Shown here piece by piece: positions 1 through 9,461 of a stretch of 38,804 nucleotides of DNA; the stretch's first letter is position 1, and the number at the start of each line of letters is the position of its first letter. The translations under genes were made by a program, and so were the position numbers. Source of the DNA: Roseibium sp. (lineage in GTDB: Bacteria; Pseudomonadota; Alphaproteobacteria; Rhizobiales; Stappiaceae). The stretch covers positions 1 through 38,804 of the forward strand of contig JBNKOQ010000001.1 in assembly GCA_050294735.1 (NCBI GenBank), given 5' to 3'. Below the pieces are notes generated by a model. The model worked only from the letters and a program-made list of their open reading frames with translations, was not told the DNA's origin and searched no databases.

Positions 1-91
1 CGTTTCGCGTGCGGATCAGCCAAAAATAATCAATAGTTGTAGTAACTTACATATGCACCACTGAAAAATCATGGTTTATGCAACGGGTAGA

Positions 92-961
92 TTAAGAATA
101 AATACCTGGATCTTCTTGAAGCGCTTCGAGTGCGACTTTGTAATCAGGATAGGCAAAGCTGAAGCCAAGCTCCGACTTCAGGCGTTTATTCGAGACGCGC
201 TTGTTTTCACCATAAAAAGACCGTGCCATTGGTGACAGGTCGGCCGTTTCAAAAGGAATTTCCGGGGGAGGAGCTACCTTCATAAGTGCGGCGGCATAAG
301 CGACCACGTCCTGCGGCGGTGCAGGCATGTCATCGGTTACGTTGTAGATGCGCGTAGTCGGCGTCCGTTTGGCAAGGTCCACAGCCCGGGCGATGTCGGT
401 CACATGAATCCGGTTGAAGACCTGGCCCGGTTTAATCAGCCGGCGGGCTTTGCCCTTTCTTAATGTCTCGAACGCATTTCGCCCGGGGCCGTAGATGCCG
501 GACAGCCGGAAAATCTGCACAGGCAGGTCATGCGCTGCCGCAAAATCCAGCCAGGCTTGTTCTGCCGCAACCCTTTGTACAGAGCGCTTTGAGACAGGCT
601 TGCAAGGCGTGTCCTCGTCAACCCAGGCACCGTCATGATTGCCATAAACCCCAACCGTCGAGAGATAGCCGATCCAGCTTGGGCTGCCAGCGGCGATATC
701 AGCACCATGTGCCAGAAGCACTGGGTCACCGGTTTCATTTGGTGCGATGGAAATCAATACGTGGGTGGCTTGGCCGAGGGCTTCTGCAATGCGGTCACCG
801 GGTTTCGTTCCATCGAACAAAAAAGCATTGATGCCTTCCTGACACAGCTGATCGGCCTTTTCAGGAGAACGGGTCGTACCGCCTATCCATTCAAACTGAT
901 CACGTACCAGATCGATAAATGCCTTGGAGCTGTAACCGATACCGAAAACGAACAAGCGCAT
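92..961 (-). CDS. NAD(P)-dependent epimerase/dehydratase (atypical SDR)
   Basis: 289 aa ORF with N-terminal FGIGYSS Rossmann-like motif, YLSTVGVYG, RLSGIYGPGR and NRIHVTDIA motifs of extended/atypical SDRs. Confidence 0.85.
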   Translation of the reverse strand: MRLFVFGIGYSSKAFIDLVRDQFEWIGGTTRSPEKADQLCQEGINAFLFDGTKPGDRIAEALGQATHVLISIAPNETGDPVLLAHGADIAAGSPSWIGYLSTVGVYGNHDGAWVDEDTPCKPVSKRSVQRVAAEQAWLDFAAAHDLPVQIFRLSGIYGPGRNAFETLRKGKARRLIKPGQVFNRIHVTDIARAVDLAKRTPTTRIYNVTDDMPAPPQDVVAYAAALMKVAPPPEIPFETADLSPMARSFYGENKRVSNKRLKSELGFSFAYPDYKVALEALQEDPGIYS

Positions 962-970
962 GCGTTGGCC

Positions 971-1810
971 TCAAAGGTCTAGGTGTTTGCGGCGGATCTC
1001 GTAGAGCGCTATGCCCGTTGCGACAGCCAGATTAAGGCTGTCGGCCTCACCCACTTGGGGGATGCGGATAATGGTCTCGCAGGCTTCGACTACATCGTCC
1101 TCAAGTCCCTGTTGTTCATTTCCCATGACCAGCAGGACAGGTTCGCTGTAGTCCGGTGTCCGGAAGTCGACCGAGCCTTTGAGGTGGGTCGCCGCAACAG
1201 AGCCGGGCCAGTTTTGCGCCAGCTGTTTGAAGCGCTCCTTGGTCGTCTTGAGGATCGGGACATGGAACAGGGAGCCCATTGTGGCTCTTACCGTCTCGAC
1301 CGCGAAGGGATCGGTGCAGTCACCGATCAGAAGCACGCCGCTGGCACCGACGGCATCGGCGGTCCGGATGATCGTGCCAAGGTTGCCCGGATCGCGGACG
1401 CGGTCGAGCGCAACCCACACGGTGGATATCGCTGGATCGATATCTTCTATCGCGGACAGCTTTTGCTCGTAGACCCCGACAACCATCTGCGGGTTGTCCT
1501 TGCGGGTCATTGCGGACATGACGGCTGTGTTGACCTCAAGGATCAAGGCGCCACGGGCCTTGGCCGTTGCCGCGGCTTTCTGTGCAACAGGGTTTTCCCG
1601 CGCCTCTGGCCCGAGAGCCAGATAACGGACAGTCCATCCGGCTTCCAGCGCATCGGTCGCCAGTTTTAAGCCTTCGGCGACAAACAGTCCGGACTGGGTG
1701 CGGTGCTTGCGTTGGGAAACGAGACCCTTGATTTCCTTGACGATGGGATTTGAGTGGCTGGTGATCTGTTTCACCGCACCCATCCGCTGCGATTTGCCTT
1801 TGTCGCTCAT
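971..1810 (-). CDS. TrmH/SpoU-family RNA 2'-O-ribose methyltransferase
   Basis: SPOUT motifs DPGNLGTIIRTADA, VMGNEQQG and SLNLAVATGI; 4-bp overlap with the upstream gene. Confidence 0.92.
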   Translation of the reverse strand: MSDKGKSQRMGAVKQITSHSNPIVKEIKGLVSQRKHRTQSGLFVAEGLKLATDALEAGWTVRYLALGPEARENPVAQKAAATAKARGALILEVNTAVMSAMTRKDNPQMVVGVYEQKLSAIEDIDPAISTVWVALDRVRDPGNLGTIIRTADAVGASGVLLIGDCTDPFAVETVRATMGSLFHVPILKTTKERFKQLAQNWPGSVAATHLKGSVDFRTPDYSEPVLLVMGNEQQGLEDDVVEACETIIRIPQVGEADSLNLAVATGIALYEIRRKHLDL

Positions 1811-2760
1811 CGGCTGCTCCAGCGGGAAAACAAGGAGGTGGAAAGAGCCCGTTTGCCAGCTTCCTCACGAATGACGAGTTCACCGGACTCCAGAAGGCCG
1901 CCTTGTGCGGCGAGTGTTTCCGCCATGAGCTCGTGAATGGAAACGAAGCTCGACCGGATGGCATAGGCTGTGAGGATCATGAACAAGGCATCTTTTGATA
2001 AGAGCTTTTGCAGATCGCTCAGCATACCCGGCAGGCTTGTATAGAGATCCCAGACCTCGCCCTTGGGGCCGCGGCCATATTTGGGAGGATCCAGGATGAT
2101 CCCATCATACGTGTTGCCGCGCCGGACCTCGCGCGCCACGAATTTCGAGGCATCCTCGCAAATCCATCGGATTGGCAGATCCTGCAGCCCGGACAGTTCC
2201 TGGTTTTCCCGTGCGTAAGCGATGGCTTTCTTGGAGGCATCCACGTGAGTGACATGCGCGCCGTCGGCCGCGGGCAGCAGCGAGGCGAGGCCGGTGTAGC
2301 CAAAGAGATTGAGGATCTTGAGCTGTTTGTCCGGTTTGCTGGCCGCATCGGCACGGATTTTCTTGCTCACCCAGTCCCAATGAGCGGCCTGTTCCGGGAA
2401 CACACCCACATGGCGAAAAGACATGAACCTGCCGACGTACCGAACCGGGCCGTAGGACATGTTCCAGGTTTCGGCGACATTGCCGGAGAATTTCCAGCGG
2501 CCGGGGCCTTCTTCATCTGTGTCGCCGGTGAACACCGCGTTTGCCCGCTCCCAGACACCAGGCTTCAGACACGGAGATCCCATGGCCTGAGGCTCGGGGC
2601 GGACGATCGTATGCTGACCATAACGTTCCAGCTTTCGGCCATGGCCCATGTCGAGAAGGCGGTAATCCTTCCAGCCCGGGGTTTCGAGAATTACCGGCCA
2701 GCTTTGCTCCGGCCGTTGTCCAGGAGACGCGAAAATCTGTTTCGGCGGCTGATCAGACAC
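1807..2760 (-). CDS. Class I SAM-dependent rRNA methyltransferase (RlmI/RlmK-like)
   Basis: Motifs LNLFGYTG, HVDASKKA and ILDPPKYGRG. Start set at GTG 2760; the ORF track extends to 2826, so the start is uncertain. Confidence 0.85.
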   Translation of the reverse strand: MSDQPPKQIFASPGQRPEQSWPVILETPGWKDYRLLDMGHGRKLERYGQHTIVRPEPQAMGSPCLKPGVWERANAVFTGDTDEEGPGRWKFSGNVAETWNMSYGPVRYVGRFMSFRHVGVFPEQAAHWDWVSKKIRADAASKPDKQLKILNLFGYTGLASLLPAADGAHVTHVDASKKAIAYARENQELSGLQDLPIRWICEDASKFVAREVRRGNTYDGIILDPPKYGRGPKGEVWDLYTSLPGMLSDLQKLLSKDALFMILTAYAIRSSFVSIHELMAETLAAQGGLLESGELVIREEAGKRALSTSLFSRWSSR

Positions 2761-3074
2761 GTCAATCTCACAAGTGTTGTGGTTCGAGTTGTGACAGGCA
2801 TTAGGCTTACCGCCGGGCTGGGTCAATCGTATGTATCGATGTTTTGACGCAAAGCGTCCATACTTGGATCAGGTTGAGCCTCTGTGAGCGTTTATCCGCA
2901 AGGCATCGGACTAAAGTGAAGAAGAGCGCGGTGAGATGATCGGACCTGCGCAATTCGGTGTCTTGAAATTGGCGCTTCGGGCAAAGGGAGACAAATATTT
3001 TGACAAATCTCCGGTGTTTTGGTCGAGTTAACTTAAGAGCAGGTTCAAAATCTGCCTGAGGGGAGGAGTAGCTG

Positions 3075-4052
3075 ATGCATTCGGCGGATATTACTTTATC
3101 TCACGTCGAGAGGGTCGCGGCGATGGTGGAGAACAGCGTCCACGCCGCAACATCGACAGTCGCAGCCTCTTGGCGCCGGTCGATGATTTATCATGGGCTT
3201 GATCCGGCTGCGCGCTTTGATACCCGGCGCTTGTCATCCCCCGAACTGGCGATTGCACGCGAGCAAAGCGGGTCTCTGCTGGAGATAGCCAGACCAAGTC
3301 TGCAGCGGCTGTTTCAAACGGCGGGCGGTGCGGGATGCTGTGTTGCTCTGACCGACGCTGAAGGTTTGATCCTTGAAACCAATAGCCATCCAGCTGACCA
3401 AGGTGATTTTGACCAATGGGGACTGACGGAAGGGGCACTTTGGAATGAGGCCAGCGAAGGGACGAATGGCATAGGCACCTGCCTCGCGGAAAAGAGACCG
3501 GTGGTGATTTTCCAGAATCAGCATTTCCGGGCCAGAAATATTGCCATGAGCTGCATGGGAGCTCCGATTTATGATGCTTTCGGGCAATTAACCGCGGTGC
3601 TGGATGTGTCAAATTGCCGGAGTGATCTGACCCAATCATTTGCGCAGGTCCTGGGGGCTGTCGTGACCGAAAGCGCAAGGTCGGTCGAAAGTGATCTTTT
3701 CCGGGCGGCTTTCCCGGGAAAGCACATCGTGGTGGCCGAGGGGCATGGGGCCGGCGGCGTCTCATTGTTGGCTGTGGATGAAGACGATGTTGTCGTGGGC
3801 GCAACTCGGTTGGCGCGCAAAAATCATGGAATTACAGATCAGACCCTCGGTGAGCTGCCTTGCTTGAGTCAGCTTTTGCGGGGCATTCCAGATGGCGCAC
3901 GCGATCTTGGGCGGGCGGAGAAAACAGAACTTCGCCGGGCTTTGATGCGGCGGAGAGGTAACGTCTCGGCCGCTGCGCGCGATTTGGGTATCAGCAGGGC
4001 GACTATGTATCGTAGGATAAACCAGCATGGCCTCTTGCCGGTGCAGAACTAG
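3075..4052 (+). CDS. GAF domain + Fis-type HTH transcriptional regulator (AcoR-like, no AAA+ domain)
   Basis: Strong RBS GGGAGGAG at 3061; AcoR-type GAF motifs (SWRRS, W.E..EGTNGIGTCL, SCMGAPI); C-terminal GNVSAAARDLGISRATMYRR; no Walker A or GAFTGA. Confidence 0.88.
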   Translation: MHSADITLSHVERVAAMVENSVHAATSTVAASWRRSMIYHGLDPAARFDTRRLSSPELAIAREQSGSLLEIARPSLQRLFQTAGGAGCCVALTDAEGLILETNSHPADQGDFDQWGLTEGALWNEASEGTNGIGTCLAEKRPVVIFQNQHFRARNIAMSCMGAPIYDAFGQLTAVLDVSNCRSDLTQSFAQVLGAVVTESARSVESDLFRAAFPGKHIVVAEGHGAGGVSLLAVDEDDVVVGATRLARKNHGITDQTLGELPCLSQLLRGIPDGARDLGRAEKTELRRALMRRRGNVSAAARDLGISRATMYRRINQHGLLPVQN

Positions 4053-4080
4053 GTGATGAGATCAAGCGCCTGGACGGGGC

Positions 4081-4098
4081 TGTCTCATATATGAGACA
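4081..4098. promoter_or_regulatory. Perfect 18-bp palindrome TGTCTCATATATGAGACA, candidate operator of the adjacent GAF-Fis regulator
   Basis: Perfect inverted repeat read directly, 29 bp after the regulator stop; TGTCTC/GAGACA half-sites resemble AcoR-type sites (from recall). Confidence 0.6.
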
Positions 4099-4447
4099 CA
4101 ATTCGGCAAGGTCAGGCATTCCGGTTTTGCTTTGTTGAACCTGCTGGTGCAAACTGAACGTTGTTGTAAGATCGCTGGAAACGAGGCTTTGGGAGGAGCT
4201 GAGTGAAGACGGAGAGGCACGCAGTGACTTGCGGCAGGCGTTACGCCTCAGGCTTGTTGACAACTGTTGGGAGGCTGGTTGGCGGCAGGCGCCAGATTTT
4301 TCAATCTAAGTCACTGCTGTTTTTGCTTTTTCTAAAATATCTTTCCAAATCCGGCTTGCAAGACTTTCAAGGGTTCTCCACTCTTGCCCAATGGGCCGGA
4401 ACGCATATTTCTGGCATGGGGCAGATAAAGCGAAAGGTTCCCACACA

Positions 4448-5128
4448 ATGGACATGAGTGGTGAGTACAGGATTGAGGCGCCGCGTGAGGTTGTCTGGAA
4501 GGCTCTGAACGATCCTGCAATTCTGAAGGAATGCATCCCTGGGTGCGAAGAACTGGAGATGACCGGGGAGACGGAAATGACCGCCGCGGTCACGTCCAAG
4601 ATCGGCCCGGTGAAAGCCAAGTTCAAAGGCTCGGTTACGCTTGAGAATATCAATCCGCCCGAAAGCTACACCATCGTTGGTGAAGGCAAGGGCGGGGTTG
4701 CCGGTTTCGCAAAGGGCGGTGCGGATGTGCATCTGGCCGAAGACGGGGCGGCGACCATTTTGACCTATACGGCGAAAGCGCAGGTCGGGGGTAAGCTGGC
4801 GCAGTTGGGGAGCCGCCTGATCGACTCCACCGCGCGCAAGATGGCAGATGAGTTTTTTGGTAAGTTTTCGGCTGTTGTCACGGAACAGGCTGGCGCCGAA
4901 GAGCTGGACCAAGGCGTTATGGAGGAAGCCAAGACAATCGCCATGGAAGATGCTCCTGCTCACATTGCGGAAGCAGTCGGAGATGTAGAACATGCGATTG
5001 AAGATAGCCTGCACGATGCAGAAGAAAAGGTTGAAGTGGCTGCCGGCAAAGGTGTGTTTGGTGGCCCTATGGTCTGGGGGCTTATCGCCCTCGGGGCAGT
5101 GATTGTTATTCTGGCCGTTCTGAACTGA
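4448..5128 (+). CDS. coxG: CoxG (SRPBCC family) with acidic linker and C-terminal membrane anchor
   Basis: [30 protein letters not shown] and [15 protein letters not shown]; hydrophobic C-terminus; start chosen at ATG 4448. Confidence 0.88.
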   Translation: MDMSGEYRIEAPREVVWKALNDPAILKECIPGCEELEMTGETEMTAAVTSKIGPVKAKFKGSVTLENINPPESYTIVGEGKGGVAGFAKGGADVHLAEDGAATILTYTAKAQVGGKLAQLGSRLIDSTARKMADEFFGKFSAVVTEQAGAEELDQGVMEEAKTIAMEDAPAHIAEAVGDVEHAIEDSLHDAEEKVEVAAGKGVFGGPMVWGLIALGAVIVILAVLN

Positions 5129-5201
5129 TTTTCAGAGCAGCGATGATGTATTGACCTGCGCCTCGGGCCGGGGAGCAGGACGGAATTTGAGGGAGAGAAC
5201 T

Positions 5202-5690
5202 ATGACGACAGTGTCCATGACATTGAACGGCAAGAAAGTCTCGGCTGCTGCTGAAGACCGGACCTTGCTGGTTCACTACATCCGGGAGGTTCAGGGCCTG
5301 ACCGGTACCCACGTTGGCTGCGATACCTCGCAATGCGGGGCCTGTGTTGTCCATGTGAATGGCAAGGCCGTGAAATCCTGCACGATGCTGGCAGCGCAAG
5401 CCGACGGCGCCGAAGTGTTGACAGTGGAAGGTGTGGCGAACGGTCCCGAGTTGCATCCGGTCCAGGCTGCGTTTCGTGAGCACCATGGTCTTCAGTGCGG
5501 TTTTTGCACTCCGGGCATGATCATGACCGCCATCGACATGATCGACCGTCATGGCGCCAATCTGGATGAAAAGACCATCCGTCATGAACTTGAAGGCAAC
5601 ATCTGCCGTTGCACGGGCTATCACAATATCGTCAAGGCAATTAAGGCGGCAGCCGACCAGATGGCGGCGATGAAAACTGCAGCTGAATAG
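5202..5690 (+). CDS. coxS: CoxS-like 2x[2Fe-2S] small subunit
   Basis: [18 protein letters not shown] and GNICRCTGY motifs; RBS GAGGGAG before ATG 5202. Confidence 0.93.
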   Translation: MTTVSMTLNGKKVSAAAEDRTLLVHYIREVQGLTGTHVGCDTSQCGACVVHVNGKAVKSCTMLAAQADGAEVLTVEGVANGPELHPVQAAFREHHGLQCGFCTPGMIMTAIDMIDRHGANLDEKTIRHELEGNICRCTGYHNIVKAIKAAADQMAAMKTAAE

Positions 5691-5755
5691 GCGGAACGAC
5701 CACCGCCGCGAAAGATTATTCTTGAGGGAACACCTGCTGTTTTGGGAGAGACGCC

Positions 5756-8116
5756 ATGGGAGTTGAAGGTATTGGGGCACGCGCCCTGCGTAAGGAAGAC
5801 AAGCGGTTCATAACTGGCAAAGGCCGCTATACGGACGATATGGTTCTGCCGCGCATGACATTTGCGGCATTTGTCCGCTCGCCGCATGCGCATGCGAAGA
5901 TTTTGGGTATCGACGCCAGCGCGGCGCTTGAGATGCCGGGTGTCGAGGCCGTCTTGACTGGCGAACAGCTTATCGGTGACGGAATTGGCAATCTGATCTG
6001 TGGCTGGATGATCCACTCCAAGGACGGATCTCCCATGAACATGGGTGCCTGGCGTGCTCTTGAACCGGAAATCGTCCGGCATGTCGGTCAGGCCGTGGCT
6101 GTTGTGATCGCCGACACGCAAGGGCAGGCACGTGATGCTGCCGATGCGGTCGTTGTGGATTATGAAGAGCTGCCTGCAATTGTGGACGCTGTCGCGGCCA
6201 TGGAAGCCGGTGCTCCACAGCTGCATCCGGAAGCCACGAACAATCTCATCTACGATTGGGAAATTGGCGACGAGGCCGCGACCAATGCAGCCTTCGAAAA
6301 GGCCGCGCATGTCACCCGTATGGATATCCAGAACAACCGTCTGGTGCCGAATCCGATGGAACCCCGGGCCGCGCTGGCGGACTACGATGCGGCTGAGGAG
6401 CACTACACGCTCTACACCACTTCGCAGAACCCGCATGTCGCCCGTCTTGTTCTGTCTGCCTTCTACAATGTGGCTCCTGAAAACAAGCTGCGTGTGATCG
6501 CCCCTGATGTTGGCGGCGGTTTCGGCTCGAAGATCTTCATCTATCCGGAAGAAATCGTCGCGCTTTGGGCCTCCAAGCGGGTCGGCCGGCCGGTAAAATG
6601 GGTTTCGGACCGGACCGAGGCATTCCTGACCGATGCACATGGCCGGGATCACAAGTCTCACGCCGAGCTGGCTCTCGATGCAGACAACAAGATCATTGGT
6701 TTCCGCATCCAGACCGTGGCGAACCTCGGCGCCTATATGTCGTTGTTCTCGTCATCGGTGCCGACGTATCTCTACGCGACGCTTCTGTCGGGGCAATACG
6801 ATATTCCGGCCCTGCATTGTAACGTCAAGGCGGTCTACACCAACACGGTGCCAGTGGATGCCTATCGTGGAGCCGGACGCCCTGAAGCGACGTTCCTGGT
6901 CGAGCGGATGATGGAAACGGCGGCTCGGGAAGTCGGCTTGTCGCCGGTAGAGTTCCGCCGGAAGAACTTTATCCGCTCCTTCCCGCATCAGACGCCAGTG
7001 ATCATGTGCTATGACACAGGCGATTATGACGCGACAATGGATGCAGCCCTGAAGGCCATCGATTACGACGGCTTCCCGGCTCGCAAAGCCGAAGCGGCCA
7101 GCCGTGGCAAACTGCGCGGCATGGGCCTGAGCTGCTACATTGAGGCTTGCGGCATCGCTCCATCGGCTGCTGTTGGCTCTCTCGGTGCTGGTGTGGGTCT
7201 CTGGGAATCTGCGGAAGTCCGGGTGAACCCTGTGGGATCCATCGAGGTTCTGACAGGCTCACACAGCCACGGCCAGGGACATGAAACCACGTTTGCCCAG
7301 CTGATTTCCGAACGCTTCGGCGTGGACAATGACAGTGTTTCCATCGTTCATGGCGACACGGACAAGGTCCAGTTCGGTATGGGGACCTATGGATCGCGTT
7401 CCGGCGCGGTTGGTATGTCGGCCATCGTCAAGGCACTCGACAAGGTGGAAGCGAAGGCGAAGAAGATCGCAGCTCACCTTATGGAAGCGGCCGAAGGGGA
7501 TATCCAGATCGAGGGCGGCGAACTGAAGGTTGCCGGAACGGACAAGAAGTTGTCCTTCACCGAAGTAGCCCTTGCCGCCTATACAGCTCACAACCTGCCG
7601 GAAGGCATGGAGCCGGGCTTGAAGGAAGGGGCTTTCTACGATCCGACCAACTTCACATTCCCTGCCGGGACATATGCCTGTGAGGTGGAAGTCGACCCGG
7701 AGACCGGTAAAACCGAAATTGTCAATTTCGTTGCAGCAGATGACTTCGGCAAGATCATCAATCCGATGATCGTCGAAGGCCAGGTGCACGGTGGCCTGAC
7801 CCAGGGTATCGGGCAGGCCCTTCTGGAAAACGCGGCCTACGACGAGGGCGGCCAGCTTCTGACCGGGTCCTATATGGATTACACCATGCCCCGGGCTGAC
7901 GACGTACCGTCCTATAACGTGCTGACCACGGAAACGGCCTGCCCGGGCAATCCGCTCGGCATGAAGGGCTGTGGTGAGGCAGGAGCCATCGGGTCACCGC
8001 CCGCTGTCATCAATGCCATCACCGATGCGATCAACAATAACGACCTGTCGATGCCGGCAACGCCTGAGCGTGTCTGGCAAGCGAGCCGGGCAGGCTTGCC
8101 GCAGGCGGCAGAATAA
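5756..8116 (+). CDS. coxL: Molybdopterin-binding large subunit, form II CoxL-like (xanthine dehydrogenase family)
   Basis: 786 aa with GGGFGSK, active-site AYRGAGR (form II signature, not form I AYXCSFR), HGQGHET and KGCGEAG. Confidence 0.9.
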   Translation: MGVEGIGARALRKEDKRFITGKGRYTDDMVLPRMTFAAFVRSPHAHAKILGIDASAALEMPGVEAVLTGEQLIGDGIGNLICGWMIHSKDGSPMNMGAWRALEPEIVRHVGQAVAVVIADTQGQARDAADAVVVDYEELPAIVDAVAAMEAGAPQLHPEATNNLIYDWEIGDEAATNAAFEKAAHVTRMDIQNNRLVPNPMEPRAALADYDAAEEHYTLYTTSQNPHVARLVLSAFYNVAPENKLRVIAPDVGGGFGSKIFIYPEEIVALWASKRVGRPVKWVSDRTEAFLTDAHGRDHKSHAELALDADNKIIGFRIQTVANLGAYMSLFSSSVPTYLYATLLSGQYDIPALHCNVKAVYTNTVPVDAYRGAGRPEATFLVERMMETAAREVGLSPVEFRRKNFIRSFPHQTPVIMCYDTGDYDATMDAALKAIDYDGFPARKAEAASRGKLRGMGLSCYIEACGIAPSAAVGSLGAGVGLWESAEVRVNPVGSIEVLTGSHSHGQGHETTFAQLISERFGVDNDSVSIVHGDTDKVQFGMGTYGSRSGAVGMSAIVKALDKVEAKAKKIAAHLMEAAEGDIQIEGGELKVAGTDKKLSFTEVALAAYTAHNLPEGMEPGLKEGAFYDPTNFTFPAGTYACEVEVDPETGKTEIVNFVAADDFGKIINPMIVEGQVHGGLTQGIGQALLENAAYDEGGQLLTGSYMDYTMPRADDVPSYNVLTTETACPGNPLGMKGCGEAGAIGSPPAVINAITDAINNNDLSMPATPERVWQASRAGLPQAAE

Positions 8117-8130
8117 GGAGACCGAGAGAC

Positions 8131-8931
8131 ATGTATGAAACATCCTATCATCGTGCCGGGTCGGTTGCAGATGCAGCGGCACTCATGGCCAAGTCCGAGG
8201 ACGGCAAGTTTCTCGGAGGCGGACAGACGCTTATTCCGACCATGAAACAGCGCCTTGCTGCTCCGAGCGATCTGATCGATCTGGGCAACGTGGCTGAAAT
8301 GAAGGGCATCTCGGAAGAGGGTGGTGCGGTCAAAATCGGCGCGGGTACAACGCATTATGAAGTCTCGGCTTCGGACACGGTAAAGCGCTCAATCCCTGGT
8401 CTTGCTGCTCTCGCCGGCGCTATCGGGGATCCTGCAGTGCGCCACATGGGGACCATTGGCGGGTCGATTGCAAATAATGATCCAGCGGCAGACTATCCGT
8501 CCGCATTGGTCGCACTCGGTGCAACAGTGACAACAAACAAGCGCAGTCTTTCGGCGGACGAGTTCTTTGTCGGCATGTTTGAAACGGCTCTGGAAGAGGA
8601 CGAAATCGTCACTTCCATCAGTTTCCCGGTGCCGGAAAAAAGCGCTTATGCCAAATATCCGAACCCGGCGTCCCGATATGCCATGGCCGGTGTGTTTGTC
8701 GCCAAGGCAAAGGACGGTGGTGTCCGGGTTGCCGTGACAGGTGCCGGGCAGGACGGAGTCTTCCGCGCTAGCGAGATGGAAACCGCTCTATCCGGCAACT
8801 GGAGTCCTGATGCGGTCGCGGGCATTTCAGTTGGGGCAGGCAACCTTCTTTCGGACATTCATGGTTCGTCTGACTATCGCGCCAACCTGGTGACGGTCAT
8901 GGCAAAGCGGGCCGTGGCCGCAGCAGCCTGA
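8131..8931 (+). CDS. coxM: CoxM-like FAD-binding medium subunit
   Basis: LGGGQTLIP, VRHMGTIGGSIANNDPAAD and PNPASRYA motifs. Confidence 0.92.
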   Translation: MYETSYHRAGSVADAAALMAKSEDGKFLGGGQTLIPTMKQRLAAPSDLIDLGNVAEMKGISEEGGAVKIGAGTTHYEVSASDTVKRSIPGLAALAGAIGDPAVRHMGTIGGSIANNDPAADYPSALVALGATVTTNKRSLSADEFFVGMFETALEEDEIVTSISFPVPEKSAYAKYPNPASRYAMAGVFVAKAKDGGVRVAVTGAGQDGVFRASEMETALSGNWSPDAVAGISVGAGNLLSDIHGSSDYRANLVTVMAKRAVAAAA

Positions 8932-8978
8932 CCCGGCCTGATTTGCATTTGGCCTATGTGGCCTTGAGCAAATAGAAA

Positions 8979-9109
8979 AGGACGGCTCCAAGGAGCCTCA
9001 GCGCACAATATAAATGTGGGCGCGTATTATAAATTAGCCCGTCCCTCCTTAGCCCCACGGGGCTTTTGGGGAGGGCGGGTACTTCATGTATCTGGAATAG
9101 TGGGAAAAT
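8979..9109. repeat. Left copy of imperfect inverted repeat bounding the N-ATPase block
   Basis: AGGACGGCTCC (8979-8989), TAAATGTGGGC (9011-9021) and TACTTCA (9080-9086) match the reverse complements of 16533-16543, 16508-16518 and 16444-16450; core roughly 75% identical by manual alignment. Confidence 0.85.
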
Positions 9110-9139
9110 AGGGGTGCAGGACACACTCTATTTCCCCCG

Positions 9140-9380
9140 ATGGGGACATCGTCTGAGACGTTGAAGAGACCGGCCTGCCCCTTGCGCAGGACACACATGA
9201 CCTCGAAGGCTTTGTAGAATTCAGGGCCTCGAAACCACGTACTGGCCGGTTCAGCCGTTTCTGTTTGCCGTGCTCGGCCTCGGTCGATGTTGTTGGTGTA
9301 CCTAACCTGCTGGTGTTCAGCTTGTTCGGGGCATTCGCCTTCTGCTTCCCTCGCCACACACGATAATTTGCAACAGAGCC
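9140..9380 (-). pseudogene. IS6-family (IS6100/IS26-like) remnant: terminal IR plus frameshifted transposase C-terminus
   Basis: GGCTCTGTTGCAAA at 9380-9367 (minus), the IS6100-type 14-bp IR. Two frames give EGECPEQAEHQQVRYTNNI / EAEHGKQKRLNRPVRGF / KAFEVMCVLRKGQA, matching the IS6 pattern HRQ.KY.NN.IE.DHGKLK...GF...EVMRALRKGQA. Confidence 0.85.
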
Positions 9381-9461
9381 ATCCAGGACACTCGTTTGCA
9401 TCGAGAGCCAACCCGGCAGCTCAGGTCGCCAGTAGTCGGTAATTTTCCTTCCGCGAAGCGG

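Noticed and set aside
4113-4131. Sigma54 promoter AGGCATTCCGGTTTTGC
   Set aside because: GG to GC spacing is 12 nt rather than the required 10, and the adjacent regulator lacks an AAA+ domain.
5756-8116. Calling the cluster a true aerobic CO dehydrogenase
   Set aside because: The active-site loop is AYRGAGR, lacking the Cu-binding Cys of form I AYXCSFR, and the order is S-L-M rather than M-S-L.
8937-8970. CCTGATT and TTGAGC occur outside both repeats (also at 16541-16559), as a possible target-site duplication
   Set aside because: Not contiguous or equidistant from the repeat ends; needs an empty-site comparison.
9049-9411. 120-aa and 105-aa minus-strand ORFs as real genes
   Set aside because: They are alternate frames of the decayed IS6 transposase running into the repeat.
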